Source: Ptychomitrium polyphyllum
Taxonomy: Eukaryota
Direction of reading: 5' to 3'
Length of the DNA stretch: 64,000 bases
NCBI GenBank assembly: GCA_973851085.1
Contig: OZ316775.1
Location: 15,500,001-15,564,000, forward strand
In this document: piece by piece, positions 13,309-26,451 of the stretch
How positions within the stretch are numbered: the stretch's first letter is position 1
Layout of the letters: each line of letters starts with the position of its first letter
Notes under the pieces: model-generated
Database searches by the model: none
The model's input: only the letters and a program-made list of their open reading frames with translations
What the model was told of the DNA's origin: nothing
Made by a program: the position numbers and the translations under genes

Positions 13309-15027
13309 TAATCTTTTCCTAATCAAAGCCACCTCCTGAAAGTATCAGGAATGCTTAGATCATGTGTCATTTGGAAGAAATTTTCGGTTTTCTGTGAGCA
13401 CCTGGAGTGATAGCTTTTGTAAAAGGTAACAATATCATTCTAAGATTAGATTCTTAACCACCCGGTCACCTGACTCAGTAGACCAGCGCTAGATCCTGTG
13501 TAAATACTACCATTGTTGGTTGATAGGTAGTACTGTAGTAATATTGATTTTTTCGGTCGCATACTTGGAGCTGAGTGTGTTCATAATCTCACTATTTTTT
13601 GTACAGTACAGTAAAACTTTCACATCCATTTTTCTGCTGGTTTTCTGTTGAATTCTTTTTCGAGTTAAATTATAAAGAGATTACAGGAAGCCACCAGGGG
13701 TGAGGTACACATTGCGACCAATTTACGGCTATTTTCAAGCAGGCTGAAAGTAAACTAGCTTTACCAAAATTCACCTGCCTAAAGTAGTGTGGAGCATAAT
13801 TTGCCCCAGCAACACACATCTGGAGTTAGCTGGTGAGAATGTAGGATCTTGCTGTGTCCTTTCTTTGAAATCCATATTACCTCAAGTTATTAACTTTTAA
13901 CTGCCTGTGGCTTTCTAGTATAATTTCAAATTTAGCCCCTTCAAAATCCACATAAAAGGAACCATTGCAGATATATACAAACCAACCTTGTTATTTGAAG
14001 TAGACTTGATTGTGTATTTGGATGAAATGTTGATTACTCGTCCGTCACCCAATTTCATCCAGGTCAATGGAAGATAGAACAGAACTCATCCACACTCTGC
14101 TTTGCACTCTTGCGTCGCCAGACCGTCCACGAATAAATTACCTGCCATGTGTCGAAAAAGAAGCTCCCTTTCGAATATGGACATAAACCCGCTCAAGCAC
14201 CCACCCGGGCCCACCGTCACCTGATAACCCGGCTCGACCTCCGTCGTTCCTTCCGCAGCGTCCTTTGCTACCACGCCTGAGTATAGCCTGGTATCACATT
14301 AGTACCAGAATAGAATCACACGAGTTCCCAGTAGTATCACAGGACATAGCACAAGCATCAAGCGCGTATCACAGAGGTATCGATCAGAAAAGACGACATA
14401 CAGCCTCTGTGAGACTCGTTGTGGAGCTTCTCAAGACCTCCGTTCCATGACTTACGACCTCGGCAATCGACGCATCGATTCTCGATGACAAAAGCCGAGG
14501 TCGTTGCTACACATGTGCTCACTCTCTGTCGCTGATTAGGTAGCTTCGTACGGTGCGCGGATCCGTGCAGTATTGCGAAAGATACAAGGATTTGAATTCG
14601 TTGTGTGTGAATTTGGAGTGATGAGGGGTGGTGGATGGCTGTGGAGGTTGAATGAGGTATAAGGTAGGGGGAGGGATGGTAGAGTTTTGAATTTTCTTTG
14701 GTTGTTTCGATGGTGAAGGCAGGTAGGGAGTAATGCGATCCTGCGCTTGGGGTTTGAGGATTGGTGGAGTTCAGCGAGTTTCGAAGATGCGTGTCGTGGT
14801 GGAAGCTCGCGCAGGGTTTACGGTTCGGAAGTTTTCTGGTGGTTGAGGGAGGAGCTTCTCTTTGCGTCCAGCTGAGTGTGCTGGATGGGAATTAGGTCTA
14901 TGGCGATTGGAGCTCGGATTGAGTTGCGTGGTGTGTTGCGTGGTTTCGAGTGATTAGTTTCTGTGTAGGGAGGTAGAAGTAGTCTTAATTTTGGTTGAAG
15001 GAGGAGTCGAAGGAGGACTTTTGATCG

Positions 15028-18000
15028 ATGGCAGAGCCAGGGAGTCGATCTCCATCGGTGAGTCGATCGACGTCGCGGCCTACGTCGAGACCTGAGACTC
15101 CCATTCGTGATTCTCATCGAGGGCCTCGTCCGCTTCCTGTTAGCCCGTCAAAAAGTCCACAAAGCTCCTCTCCGGTGAGGAACTCTTATTTGGGTTCTGA
15201 GTATCAGAATTCCATCCAGAGAATAACAGGGGACTACCTACGGTTGGGGGAGCAGTATGGATCGCCACCGAAAGTCTCCGATTCTGTTCTTCCGTCCAAT
15301 GTGGCTACAGATTCCTCATCAATTGCAGCGCTTGATTCCAAACTGGATCAGGAGGAGCTGAAGCAGGAGGTTGCTCCCTACTCGGCCGGCCTCGAAGCTA
15401 GAGGTGAATTGGAGCAGACCGCGGCTGCTGCGAAGTACGGTGTACGGACGAAGAGCGCTTCAGATGGTGCGGATGTCCGGTGGTATTTCTGCAAGACTGA
15501 GCTCCGCCCAAATGGTATTTTTCCATTACTTTAGCTAATTGAGGTGAATACTGTTGAAAGTGCAGCAAAGTGATAAACAGGAAATTTTAGGGTTTACGGT
15601 TTGGATATTCATGTTGGTAAGGAAGCTGAAACCTTGTATGTAGCCTGCAGCTCGTCAAACGTTACTGTAATACCTCATTGTATGCATGAATCATATTTAG
15701 ACTCTCCCTTGTCTGTCACCTTACAGGTATAAATAGGAGGAATGTATCGGCATAAATTCTAAAGAACTTCAAAGCGTTGTTCAAAGTCCTTTGATGTCCA
15801 TACATGCTCATAAGAGCCCAAGGCTTTGAATCTTACCTTGTTTCTAATCTTAGCTGAGGGAATGGCCTGCAGAGGCTGCAGCACAGGTGCCGGCATCTGA
15901 AGTAGTAGGCAAAGGCGAATACTTTCGATTTAGTGTTCGAGATTCTCTTGCGTTGGAGGCTTCATTTGTGCAGGTTTGTTACATTTCGTTTAAGCTCCAG
16001 ATTGTGTGAAGATGTAAACAATTGAATCGTCATCATTTTGTGGTTAACTAATGAATTGTCTTTGTGTGTTTATCGATACGACAGCTGAAGCAACACCCTA
16101 CTTATTCGTCATCGATTGATTATTAAGTTTATTGAGTCGAGTATTTGATGTTTGATAATAATGTATGTTGTTTTTCAGAGAGAGGAAGAATTGGTGTCGG
16201 CATGGTGGAAAGAATATGCAGAAGTCAGTGCAGGCCCGGCAAAGTCTTCTGGCTCTCTTTCTTATAACCTCCAAACAGAGAAGGAATTGGCAGATGACAA
16301 GTTAAGGTCCATCAACAGTGCTAGCGATGTGAAATCGTTCCTGAAAGGACCTGGTAGTACGCATTCTGAGTATGATGATGATGAAGAGAGCGTTGGTGTG
16401 CTCGTCAAAAGTGGCTTGTATGAGGTGAGAATGGTGCCAAAGAATGGAATTTACACATATCTATTGTCTCGATCAAAATTAGTTGTTGGTTGGAATGTAC
16501 AAAATCTTTGATAGGCTATAAGTCGTTGTTTCTGTTATGTATAGGTCGATCTCATGAGGCGGAGGTGCATTCCAGTTTATTGGAGAGGAGAGCACCGCCG
16601 TGTGCTGCGAGGGCATTGGTATGCACGGAAAGGTGGACTTGATTGGTTGCCACTTCGGGAAGATGTGGCTGAGCAGCTAGAGATAGCATATCATACAAAG
16701 GTAGTAGCTTTGGGGCCTTTGTGTGTTTGTTACAAGAACCGTTTTTTCGGATATTTGGATTTGTTGCTCTGTATTGATGAAAATGTTGCAGACTAAGGAC
16801 ATACCTTCTGATAATTTTTGTAGATATGGCGCCGTCGAACTTTTCAACCATCAGGATTGTATGCTGCCCGTGTCAATCTTACAGGCACTACTATGGTTCG
16901 GCTTGACACCAACTAGGTCTAAACTTTGGGATTATGAACGAACTACGTGTTTTAAGTGTTGTAGTGAATCATATATGATTATGCATAATATAAATTATTT
17001 AGAAACATATGTACCAAATGTTATGTTCTGAGAGAATGGAAAAAATGGAGATATATTCCAGAAGATAGTACGCCAGAGTATCTGCTTGACCAGGAGTTGA
17101 CTGTACCTGTTTGTTTTAGGGTCTTCATGCACTTTTCACAGGAGAGGATGATAGTTGGGAAGCAACTCTAGCAGTAGATGCTTCAGGTATATCCGCTATG
17201 CTTGGTTTGCAAGGAAGTGCAGTAAAGCTTCGGCGTGGTTTTGCACCCCCGGACAGTGTACATCCAACTCAGGTACCTTCTGAGTCCATGCAGATCGGTG
17301 TGCATTCTATTATTTAAGGGTCGTCGAGGCAGACAAAAAGGTCGGTACAAGTTTGTGTATCTAGCGCTTTCGATGCTCCTATTATTTATCAGCTTTTGTT
17401 TTGCTTTTATGAGAGTCTCAAGTAACCTTGGATGACTTGCTACACAGGATGAATTGACGCAGAGAAAAGAGGAGGAGCTGGATGATTATGCCTCACAGGT
17501 CAATTTACTGTTTGAATCAGCTGTCTACTATTGACATGTATTTTAGTGTTGAATGAACGTTGAATGTGTAAATCGCCATTGTTTCTTGCTAGTATATCCA
17601 TGATACTGTAGTTTGAGTTGGACTACTCAAAATGGGGCTTTTAAAAGGGGCATATCTTTTGCTTTTCTCAAATCTATTTCTTTTTAGGTGCCGGTTCGAC
17701 ACGTAGTATTTATGGTGCACGGTATTGGACAAAGATTGGAGAAGGCAAATTTGGTGGATGATGTTGGTGCTTTTAGGCGAACTATCACAGCGCTATCAGA
17801 GCAGCACCTTACTCCGCATCAACGCAATGCTCAACGAGTTTTGTTTATACCGTGCCAGGTATACTCATCTATAAAGAGAAATTAAAACATTTTAACGACA
17901 TCAATATGAGGTTTTTCTAGTACCCGTGTAGAAGCTGTGTACGATCAAATTCCTTCTGTCTATCCTAAGTTTTGGCATGCGATTGATTTCAGTGGAGAAG

Positions 18001-21000
18001 GGAATTGAAGCTAGGTGGCGAGGTAGCCATGGAGCAAGTTACTTTAGATGGTGTTCGTGCTCTTCGAACGATGATTACGGCAACTGTGCACGACGTTCTT
18101 TACTATATGAGCCCTGTTTACTGCCAGGATATTATTGATTCTGTACTATTCTGCAATCCAAATTCTTTAAGTATGGCTGTTGGTTTTAATCCAGATTGAT
18201 TGTCTAGAGGAGAAAGTCCACTGAACCTTGAGTCTATTTCCATTGTTACAAGTAGTTTCAAAATAGGCGAATGTCTTTGAGGGTGAGGCTGTTGAATTGC
18301 AGGTGACCCGATCCTTAAATCGGCTCTACACCAAATTCATCAAGCGAAACCCAACTTTTGATGGCAGGGTACTAATTCTTCGTATTGACTCACAGACTAA
18401 CCTGATAAATGCTATCTTTGGTTCCTTCAGTCTTCTGTGGAATACATGCATCAAGTCTCAGATATATGATGTGTACTTCTCTGATCAGGGCTAACATTCT
18501 GTGTGGTCCATTGTACGTGCAGGTGTCACTTTATGGACATTCTTTGGGAAGCGTTCTGACATATGATATACTTTGCCATCAGGACACTTTGAAATCGCCA
18601 TTTCCAGTCCAGAGTATTAATGCTGCCATTACCCGTAATGACGAGCGTGAGGATGACATGCCGAAAATAGACCGTCTTCCTTCTATTATGGAACATGAGT
18701 TCATTTCAGAGGGTGAGACTTCTGTTCGAGACACGTTGAGATCTGGCAGTAACCCCATGGATTCGTCTGATATTAAACCTTTTGATTCCTCAACAAATGA
18801 AACTATTCCAGAGGTAGAAGCCGCAGCAGAAGAAAGCGCTAGAGAAATTGAGGATGTCGTTCTAGAGCCAGACAAAATTGAAGGTATTGGTACTTCGGAT
18901 GAAGACAATAAAAGTTCGCTGCAAAGCGATTTAAGAAATAAGGAGTATGCAGAAGTATCGGAGGAGGGTGATAATGCAGAAGTTTCAGAGGGGGATGATG
19001 TTGTACAAGAGCATGTAGAAGTCCCCAAGGTGAGTGACGTAGCTCAAGAGCATATTGAAGTTTCTCTAGAGCATAAAGAAGTCCCCGAGGAGGATGACGT
19101 CGCACAAGTGCATACAGAAGAGCTAGAGAAGGATGACGTCGCACAAGTGCATATGGAAGTCCTAGAGGAGTATGATATTGCACAAGAGCAGACAGAAGTC
19201 CCCAAGGAGGATGCTGTTTCACTAGAGCATACAGAAGTCTTAGAGAAGGATGATGTTGCACAAGATCATACAGATATCTCAGAGGGGGTTGAAGTTTCGG
19301 AGGTAGAGAATACTGAGAAGCAGGATGAGTGTCTAGAGGAGGATGTCAAAACTGCAGAAGAGTTTTTGCACGACTTTGAGTGTGCAAACTCTGAGAAGAA
19401 TGTGGCTGTAGTTGCCAAGACTGCAAAGCATCAGAGTACAAAGCAAGATGCTTTGCTGGACTTGGCGGTTGATCTTGTTGATCAAGTGGCGGTGGTAGAT
19501 TTTGCCACAGACTATGAAGAGCCATCTGAAATTGATAGATTGCAGGCAGAGGTAATATCCATATTGACGAGTTAACTGTGACGATTTAGTGTATCCAGGC
19601 CCTTTCTAGTGTTACTCTTCAGCTGGTTTTTCCATATGTGCTGTGCGATTTGTATTAGGATTCCTCACGATGTCTTGACATTTTAACTTAGGAGTTTATT
19701 TTACAAAATAAGTCTCAATGAGGAAGTGTCTTGTTGGCATGGCTTACAATTGGCAGGTGGCAGCTCTACAAGAGAAACTAAGATTGCTGGAGAAAAAGAA
19801 CCAGGTTAAAAACACGACCACTGGGGGGGTTGAAGTGCCTTTAGAGCATACAGAAGTCGTAGAGGAGGATGACGTTGCACAAGAACATATAGGAGAATTT
19901 AGAGAAGAAACTTTAACCCACACTTTGTCGACTAACAAGGGGCATCTCCAAGATTCACTAAGTTCAGATGAGAGCGGCAGAACTCATCATTATACTGAAG
20001 AAGATGGTCAAGAGTTGCGGCAAAGTTCTTTAGATAATGAAGTTGGATTAATGCGGGGAAACTTGGAGACTTCCGTTAGTGCTCGTAAACAGCATCGACC
20101 TTTCATTATTTATCCCAAACTTAAATTCAAGGTATGTTCTTCCTGTTCCTTTCTCACCTATTCTGAAGTGGTAGCTACTGTTCATTTGTTACTAGGATCT
20201 TGCTATATGTGGTTTTAACGGGTTGTTCGATGGAGCAGGTGGAAACGTTCTACGCAGTGGGATCTCCGCTTGGAATGTTCTTAGCACTCCGGAATATACG
20301 CATTGGTCTAGGGACAGGGACGGAGTATTGGCAAGATGAAGGCATTAATGAAGAAATGCCAGCGTGTCGCCTCTTGCTAAATATTTTTCATCCCTATGAT
20401 CCAGTAGCATACAGACTAGAGCCGCTTATTTGTAAGGAGTATGTCGACCAAAAACCGGTGTTCATTCCCTATCATAAGGGAGGAAAACGCATTCACATTG
20501 GACTCCAGGTATTCAACTCACCACTTGAGCTTGACAATGTTGTGTATTTGTTTTTTGTTTGAACCGGCAGGCATGTGCAACAGTAAACCTTGGGCGATTT
20601 GAATATGGAAATTCCACATGATTGCCTACATGATTGCTTTGCAGGAGTTTAGTGAGGACATAAGCATGAAATCCAAGGCTTTTGTGAATTCTATCGGCGC
20701 TGTTGGGGTAAGTATCATTTTATATCTGTAGCATCTTATATTGTTTTAATGGAAGCAACTTTTCTTTGTATTATATTTTTTAGGTACTATACCTGTAAGA
20801 TGTGAGTTCTGTACGAGTCTGCGAGCCAACGTAAGTTGCCACATTTGATATTGCTGATTGTTGTGATTGACAGACTCGAGTGGCTCATGCATTTACTTCT
20901 AAAAAAGATGGTATTCTAACAGGTATTTAATTGACATTTACCAATTATTTGTTTACAAAGTACTTTATTTCAACACTGTATATTTGGGTTTGTAAATTTT

Positions 21001-21987
21001 TAAATCAACTCTATCAAGGAGTATATTATATGCGCTTCTTATCAATTGGGTGGCAGTTGTTTAGTTGTTGACCATGTGGATAACAAAATTTTATCGAGTA
21101 TAGGTTCGTTATTAGAAATTCTTTGAACAGCATACAACTGACATGATTGATGGATGCTCTTTTGGGGGGTGTAGAAGAGGAGGAACGAGAAAGGAATAGA
21201 AAGAAGGCCAAAACTTACGGGCAAATGGTCCTGGAACGCCTCACAGGAAGCCAAGAAGGACGCATTGACTGCATGCTACAGGCAAGCGAGCTCAGCCTAT
21301 TATTCTCAGGGTTAATTATTTTACTTCCTTCGTCTTGCCATGGTATGACTGCAGTACGTTCAAATTTGAAATTGTTCTCTTTGTCATAGGAATTAAACAG
21401 AAGTGTTAACACTGACAGAATAGGCTAACCTATCTTATGTGGTCTCAATGACCGTCGTCGCTTCTTCAGTTGGTCTATTGGAATGTTCCCACTAATACAC
21501 GGTCTTTCATATTTGCTGCAGGATGCCACCTTTGAGCATCAGTATATATCTGCAATCAGCTCTCACACGTAAGTTTTAACCTTTTCCTTTCGTTGTCATG
21601 AAGACGATCTGCAATTTTATCATTCAATTTAGACAGAAAGGAGCTTAAGTTCCAAGGTTTGATAGATTGAGTCTTGTGCATTTACAAAACAGGTCATATT
21701 GGCAAGACCCCGACACAGCGCTCTTCATTCTGAAGCATTTGTACCGTGACATCCCCGAAAAAGCAGAGTCTGATAACGTCCCAACAATGGAAGCTCTCCA
21801 TGGGACGATCGATGATTGTATTGACGAGGAGGAAGTTAAACCAGATAAGACCACCACCACTACTACAACCACCACCACAGATGGTTATTCATCTCCGGTG
21901 CAAGACGACTGGGACTCTGACGAAGAAACCTCAATATGGGACAAGGAGGAAATGGTCGCAGCTGTGTCTGAAGCTCACCGTGCATAA
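15028..21987 (+). CDS. SGR2: Phospholipase A1, SGR2/DDHD family (about 18 exons)
   Basis: Motifs DVRWYFCK, VLRGHWYARKGGLDWLPLRED, HVVFMVHGIGQRL, ATVHDVLYYMSP, lipase GHSLGS (~18535-18552), FYAVGSPLGMFLALR, NIFHPYDPVAYRLEP, SAISSHTSYWQDPDTALFILKHLY. Confidence 0.95.
18950..19300 (+). repeat. 39-bp (13-aa) coding minisatellite in the SGR2 acidic insert
   Basis: Units EVPEEDDVAQVHT / EELEKDDVAQVHM / EVLEEYDIAQEQT / EVPKEDAVSLEHT / EVLEKDDVAQDHT; a related copy LEHTEVVEEDDVAQEHI lies at ~19840-19890. Confidence 0.88.
21850..21879 (+). repeat. ACC/ACT trinucleotide run encoding poly-Thr in the SGR2 tail
   Basis: accaccaccactactacaaccaccaccaca translates to a run of Thr. Confidence 0.85.
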
Positions 21988-22490
21988 TACAACTCAAACA
22001 AAATTGTAAATAATCACTTACACCATTAATTCATGTGCCAAGCTGCTGCACAAAATGCTCCTCTGTAACATTATACCTAGATCATGCCAAGTTTGGTTAC
22101 ACCGTAGCCTCAGCTTAACGCTCTCTCCTTCCAACAATTTGTTAAGGGAGAACAAAACGATCATGTATAGATCTGTAACAAACACCAGTATGAACACGAC
22201 TGAATGTTTCGAAACGATCTCCTTCCAACATGTCTGTTCACTTGGAATCTTTTGCTCGTACTGCATCCGCCTCTCGAACATGCACACAAAGCTCTCACCA
22301 CTCCTGAAGATTTAAGTTTTTACTGTAGGTTGGCAGAAAGGCCTCTTGTAGCTTCCACTCAAGAGATCGAGACAGACAAGGAAGAAAAAAAGCCGACTCG
22401 GCAGTGGAATACGTCAAAAAGGGCAGTACGGTTGGCAGAGAGCCCGTCCTGGTCTGCTTCTCACCAGAGTGTTCGGCTGTGAGCGCTCAC

Positions 22491-22499
22491 GTATAAAAG
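22491..22499 (+). promoter_or_regulatory. Putative TATA box of the E1 gene
   Basis: gtataaaag precedes a likely leader with a GT donor at 22726 and AG acceptors ending at 23120 or 23170. Confidence 0.45.
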
Positions 22500-23225
22500 C
22501 TTAGAGTGTCCACTGAGACATTGTTTTTAGGTTTTCTCAGTAGAATCAGACTTTTCAACACACAGTGGAGAGTGGGAGTGGAGACGAAAGCTAAGGGAAA
22601 AGGGTGACACCAAGTGAAACGCAGAGCCCTTTTCTTAAGTGATGCTCCTCTTCACTCTGCCCTCTGCGCTGCTGCTGCGGCCGCTGCGCTTTGATCATCA
22701 TTTACCTCGTCGTCTGCATCGCCAGGTCTGTTCCTGTTCTGCTTCTGATTGCATGAGATGATTAATTTAGGTGGTCGATCATTGGAGGTTTTACGATAGG
22801 AACTCATTCTCGGGGGAGCTCGAAGAATTGCGTTTCCAAGTGTGTGTGATCTGGGAATTCGATGTTGCTTGACTTTGTATGACTTTGTTGTCGTCTTGGC
22901 GATGGCGTGGGAGTGTTCAATGGTGGTGTAGTTTTTGGATGATAGGGTTTGTTTAAGAGGCAGAGGTTTTGAAGGATCAATTTTGTTTGCGTTTTTATGA
23001 ATCTGGTTTGGGAAGCCCTAAACGCTACGTTTCTTCGTAAGGTCATGTAGCGTGTGGTGTGGTGGTGGTGTCGGGGTTGGCGGTGGTGTGATGTGCGTGG
23101 TGTCGTGGTGTGGGGTGCAGGATTTAGGATTGGGAGTGGGTTAGGGAGAGGGATCGGTGATGGTGGTTAGGGTTTGAAGCGTGGGGAGCAAGGTGACGTG
23201 ATCGAGGAGGAATTGCGAGCACGGA

Positions 23226-23288
23226 ATGCGTAGGAGAGACGAAGGAAAAGGAGAAGGTGTGGGCTCCGTCTTGCTACATGCTGCCTAA
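23226..23288 (+). promoter_or_regulatory. 20-codon upstream ORF overlapping the E1 start codon out of frame
   Basis: ATG at 23226 reads [20 protein letters not shown]; its TAA (23286-23288) lies downstream of the E1 ATG at 23278. Confidence 0.55.
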
Positions 23289-26200
23289 AAAGAGAGGCGC
23301 TGGGGAGGCAGAGTTGGGGAGTGAGAGTGTGAAGAAGAACTGTCTGGATTCTCCCAGCGGGAGCGTAGTGGTGGGGAAGAACCGAGAGCTGGTCATGGCG
23401 GCGGACAGCAACATGGAGGTCGAGATCGACGAGGATCTTCACAGTCGGCAGCTCGCCGTGTACGGGAGGGAGACCATGCGTCGCCTATTCGGTGCCCACG
23501 TTCTGGTCTCCGGTTTGCAGGGGCTGGGCGTCGAGGTTGCGAAGAATGTCATTCTAGCCGGGGTGAAGTCAGTCACGCTGCACGATACCGGGAATGTGGG
23601 GCTGTGGGATCTCTCTGCGCAGTTTTATCTGACCGAGGAAGACGTGGGGAAGAACCGTGCTCTGGCGTGCGCCGATAAACTGAAGGAGCTGAACACTGCA
23701 GTGGTGGTGAATACCAGCACCATTGAAATCACGGAGGAATTGCTGTCCATCCATCAGGTGGTTGTGTTCACCGACATAGCATTCGACAAGGCCGTAGAGA
23801 TCGACGACTTCTGCCACAGGCATGAGCCGGCTATACCTTTCATCATGGCAGACATCAGGGGCATCTTCGGATCCGTTTTCTGCGACTTTGGGCCTTCTTT
23901 TACCGTCGTGGACGTTGATGGAGAAGAGCCCCACACGGGCATCATCGCATCCATCAGTAACGACAACCCGGCGTTAGTGACTTGTGTGGACGACGAGCGG
24001 GTCGAATTGCAGGATGGCGACCTCGTTGTCTTCTCCGAAGTGCATGGTATGCCGGAGCTTAACGACGGCAAACCACGGCGTGTGAAGGGCACGAGACCAT
24101 ACTCGTTCTTATTGGAAGAGGATACGACTGGTTATGGGGCTTATGAGAAGGGTGGAATTGTGACGCAGGTGAAGATTCCTAAGGTGCTGAAATTTCAACC
24201 CTTGAGGGAGGCTTTGAACAATCCAGGGGAGTTTCTGCTGAGCGATTTTGCGAAGTTCGATCGTCCCCCGTTGTTGCATGTGGCGTTCCAGGCTCTGGAT
24301 GCTTTTCGTTCGGAGGCAGGCCGGTTTCCTGCACCTGCATCAGAATCAGATGCTAATAAGTTGGTGGAGATTGCGCACCGGATAAACGAGGAGAAGCCCA
24401 GCGACCAGAAATTGGACTCGATGGACGATAGCATCGTGAAGCTTTTGGGAAGTGGGTCTCGGGCGGTTTTGAGCCCTATGGCGGCGATGTTTGGAGGGAT
24501 TGTTGGTCAGGAAGTAGTGAAAGCTTGCTCTGGAAAGTTCCACCCTCTCTTCCAATTCTTTTACTTTGACTCTGTGGAGTCTCTACCAGCGGAGCCATTG
24601 ACACCAGAGGATGTGAAGCCTTTGAATTCACGGTATGATGCGCAGATAGCAGTCTTTGGCTCTAAGCTGCAACAGAGGCTGGAAGACTCGAAGCTGTTTC
24701 TGGTTGGTTCTGGTGCTCTGGGTTGCGAGTTCCTCAAGAATTTTGCCCTGATGGGAGTTGCGTGTGGGCCAAAGGGAAGCCTGACTGTCACGGATGACGA
24801 CGTAATTGAGAAGAGTAATCTAAGCAGGCAGTTCCTTTTTCGTGACTGGAACATCGGGCAAGCGAAGTCGACGGTGGCATCGTCGGCGGCCATTGCCATT
24901 AACCCTTCTTTCAGGGCAGTTGCTTTGCAAAACCGTGTGAGTCCGAACACAGAGAATGTATTTGACGACACATTCTGGGAAGGGCTTGACCTCATAGTCA
25001 ACGCTCTGGATAATGTGAATGCCAGGCTTTACATTGATTCTCGGTGCGTGTACTTCCAGAAGCCGCTGCTGGAATCAGGGACGTTGGGTACCAAATGCAA
25101 CACGCAGGTGGTGATCCCGAACTTGACAGAGAACTATGGAGCTTCACGGGACCCCCCTGAAAGGCAGGCGCCAATGTGCACTGTACATTCATTTCCTCAC
25201 AACATTGACCATTGCTTGACATGGGCGCGTTCGGAGTTCGAAGGTCTGCTCGAGAAGACTCCAGCTGAAGCGAATGCGTTTCTTTTGAAGCCCGAAGAGT
25301 ACACGAATACAATGAAGAATGCGGGTGATGCTCAAGCCCGGGAGCTTCTGGAGCGAGTCGTGGAATGTTTGGTGACAGAATGTTGCACCTCATTCGAAGA
25401 GTGCATCACGTGGGCTAGGACCAAATTTGAGGACTACTTTTCGAACCGAGTGAAGCAACTGACATTTACTTTTCCTGAGGATGCAACCACCAGCAACGGG
25501 TTGCCGTTCTGGTCAGCCCCTAAGCGGTTCCCGAAGCCTCTGCAGTTCACGTCCTCTGATCCTTCCTACCTGTCCTTTGTTGCGTCAGCAGCTATTTTGC
25601 GAGCAACGACTTACGGTATCTCAGTGCCAGCATGGGCTTTGGATGCAAAGAAATTGGCGGAAGTTGTGGACAAGGTTAAGGTACCTGAGTTTGCGCCGAA
25701 GCAAGGCGTGAAGATTGTTACCGATGAGAAGGCCACAACTTTGAATTTGTCGAGCATGGACGATGATTCTCAGATTGAGGTGCTGATTAAGATTCTCGAG
25801 GAGGGTGTCAAGAAGCTGCCCCACGGCTTCAAGATGAACCCCGTGACGTTTGAGAAGGACGATGATACAAACTACCACATGGATCTGATTGCAGGACTCG
25901 CCAACATGCGAGCACGGAACTACAGCGTACCAGAGGTGGACAAGCTGAAGGCGAAGTTCATTGCTGGCCGCATCATTCCTGCCATAGCGACGACAACCGC
26001 GATGGCAACAGGGCTGGTGTGCTTGGAATTGTACAAGGCTATATTAGGGCACAATGTGGAACTGTACAGGAACACATTCGCCAACTTAGCTCTGCCTCTG
26101 TTTTCGATGGCGGAGCCTGTGCCTCCAAAGTCGTTCTCACATCAAGACCTGAAGTGGTCAATCTGGGACCGGTGGATCATTGCGGGGGATCTGACCCTGA

Positions 26201-26451
26201 AGGAACTGTTGGAATGGTTCGAAGCGAAGGGGTTGACAGCGTACAGCATTTCGTGTGGGCAGTCTCTGTTGTACAACAATATCTTCCCAAAGCATCGTGA
26301 GCGCATGGGGAAGAAGGTGTCGGATTTGGCGAGGGACATTGCTAAACTTGACGTGCCACCAAACCGTCGGCACTTCGACATTGTGGTTGCATGTGAAGAT
26401 GACGAAGGAGAGGATCTGGATGTACCGCTAGTCTCTATCTGTTTCCGGTAA
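23278..26451 (+). CDS. UBA1: Ubiquitin-activating enzyme E1, single coding exon (~1057 aa)
   Basis: Continuous ORF with [38 protein letters not shown], catalytic [10 protein letters not shown] (Cys codon 25177-25179), [24 protein letters not shown] and a UFD C-terminus. The ATG start is at 23278 (MLPKKR); the ORF track starts at an upstream GTG. Confidence 0.98.
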   Translation: MLPKKRGAGEAELGSESVKKNCLDSPSGSVVVGKNRELVMAADSNMEVEIDEDLHSRQLAVYGRETMRRLFGAHVLVSGLQGLGVEVAKNVILAGVKSVTLHDTGNVGLWDLSAQFYLTEEDVGKNRALACADKLKELNTAVVVNTSTIEITEELLSIHQVVVFTDIAFDKAVEIDDFCHRHEPAIPFIMADIRGIFGSVFCDFGPSFTVVDVDGEEPHTGIIASISNDNPALVTCVDDERVELQDGDLVVFSEVHGMPELNDGKPRRVKGTRPYSFLLEEDTTGYGAYEKGGIVTQVKIPKVLKFQPLREALNNPGEFLLSDFAKFDRPPLLHVAFQALDAFRSEAGRFPAPASESDANKLVEIAHRINEEKPSDQKLDSMDDSIVKLLGSGSRAVLSPMAAMFGGIVGQEVVKACSGKFHPLFQFFYFDSVESLPAEPLTPEDVKPLNSRYDAQIAVFGSKLQQRLEDSKLFLVGSGALGCEFLKNFALMGVACGPKGSLTVTDDDVIEKSNLSRQFLFRDWNIGQAKSTVASSAAIAINPSFRAVALQNRVSPNTENVFDDTFWEGLDLIVNALDNVNARLYIDSRCVYFQKPLLESGTLGTKCNTQVVIPNLTENYGASRDPPERQAPMCTVHSFPHNIDHCLTWARSEFEGLLEKTPAEANAFLLKPEEYTNTMKNAGDAQARELLERVVECLVTECCTSFEECITWARTKFEDYFSNRVKQLTFTFPEDATTSNGLPFWSAPKRFPKPLQFTSSDPSYLSFVASAAILRATTYGISVPAWALDAKKLAEVVDKVKVPEFAPKQGVKIVTDEKATTLNLSSMDDDSQIEVLIKILEEGVKKLPHGFKMNPVTFEKDDDTNYHMDLIAGLANMRARNYSVPEVDKLKAKFIAGRIIPAIATTTAMATGLVCLELYKAILGHNVELYRNTFANLALPLFSMAEPVPPKSFSHQDLKWSIWDRWIIAGDLTLKELLEWFEAKGLTAYSISCGQSLLYNNIFPKHRERMGKKVSDLARDIAKLDVPPNRRHFDIVVACEDDEGEDLDVPLVSICFR

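Noticed and set aside
18950..19300. 39-bp periodic repeat as a CRISPR-like array
   Set aside because: In-frame coding minisatellite without unique spacers, in a eukaryotic exon.
23569..26381. Multiple antisense and alternate-frame ORFs within E1
   Set aside because: Shadow ORFs of a GC-rich coding sequence; no recognisable motifs.
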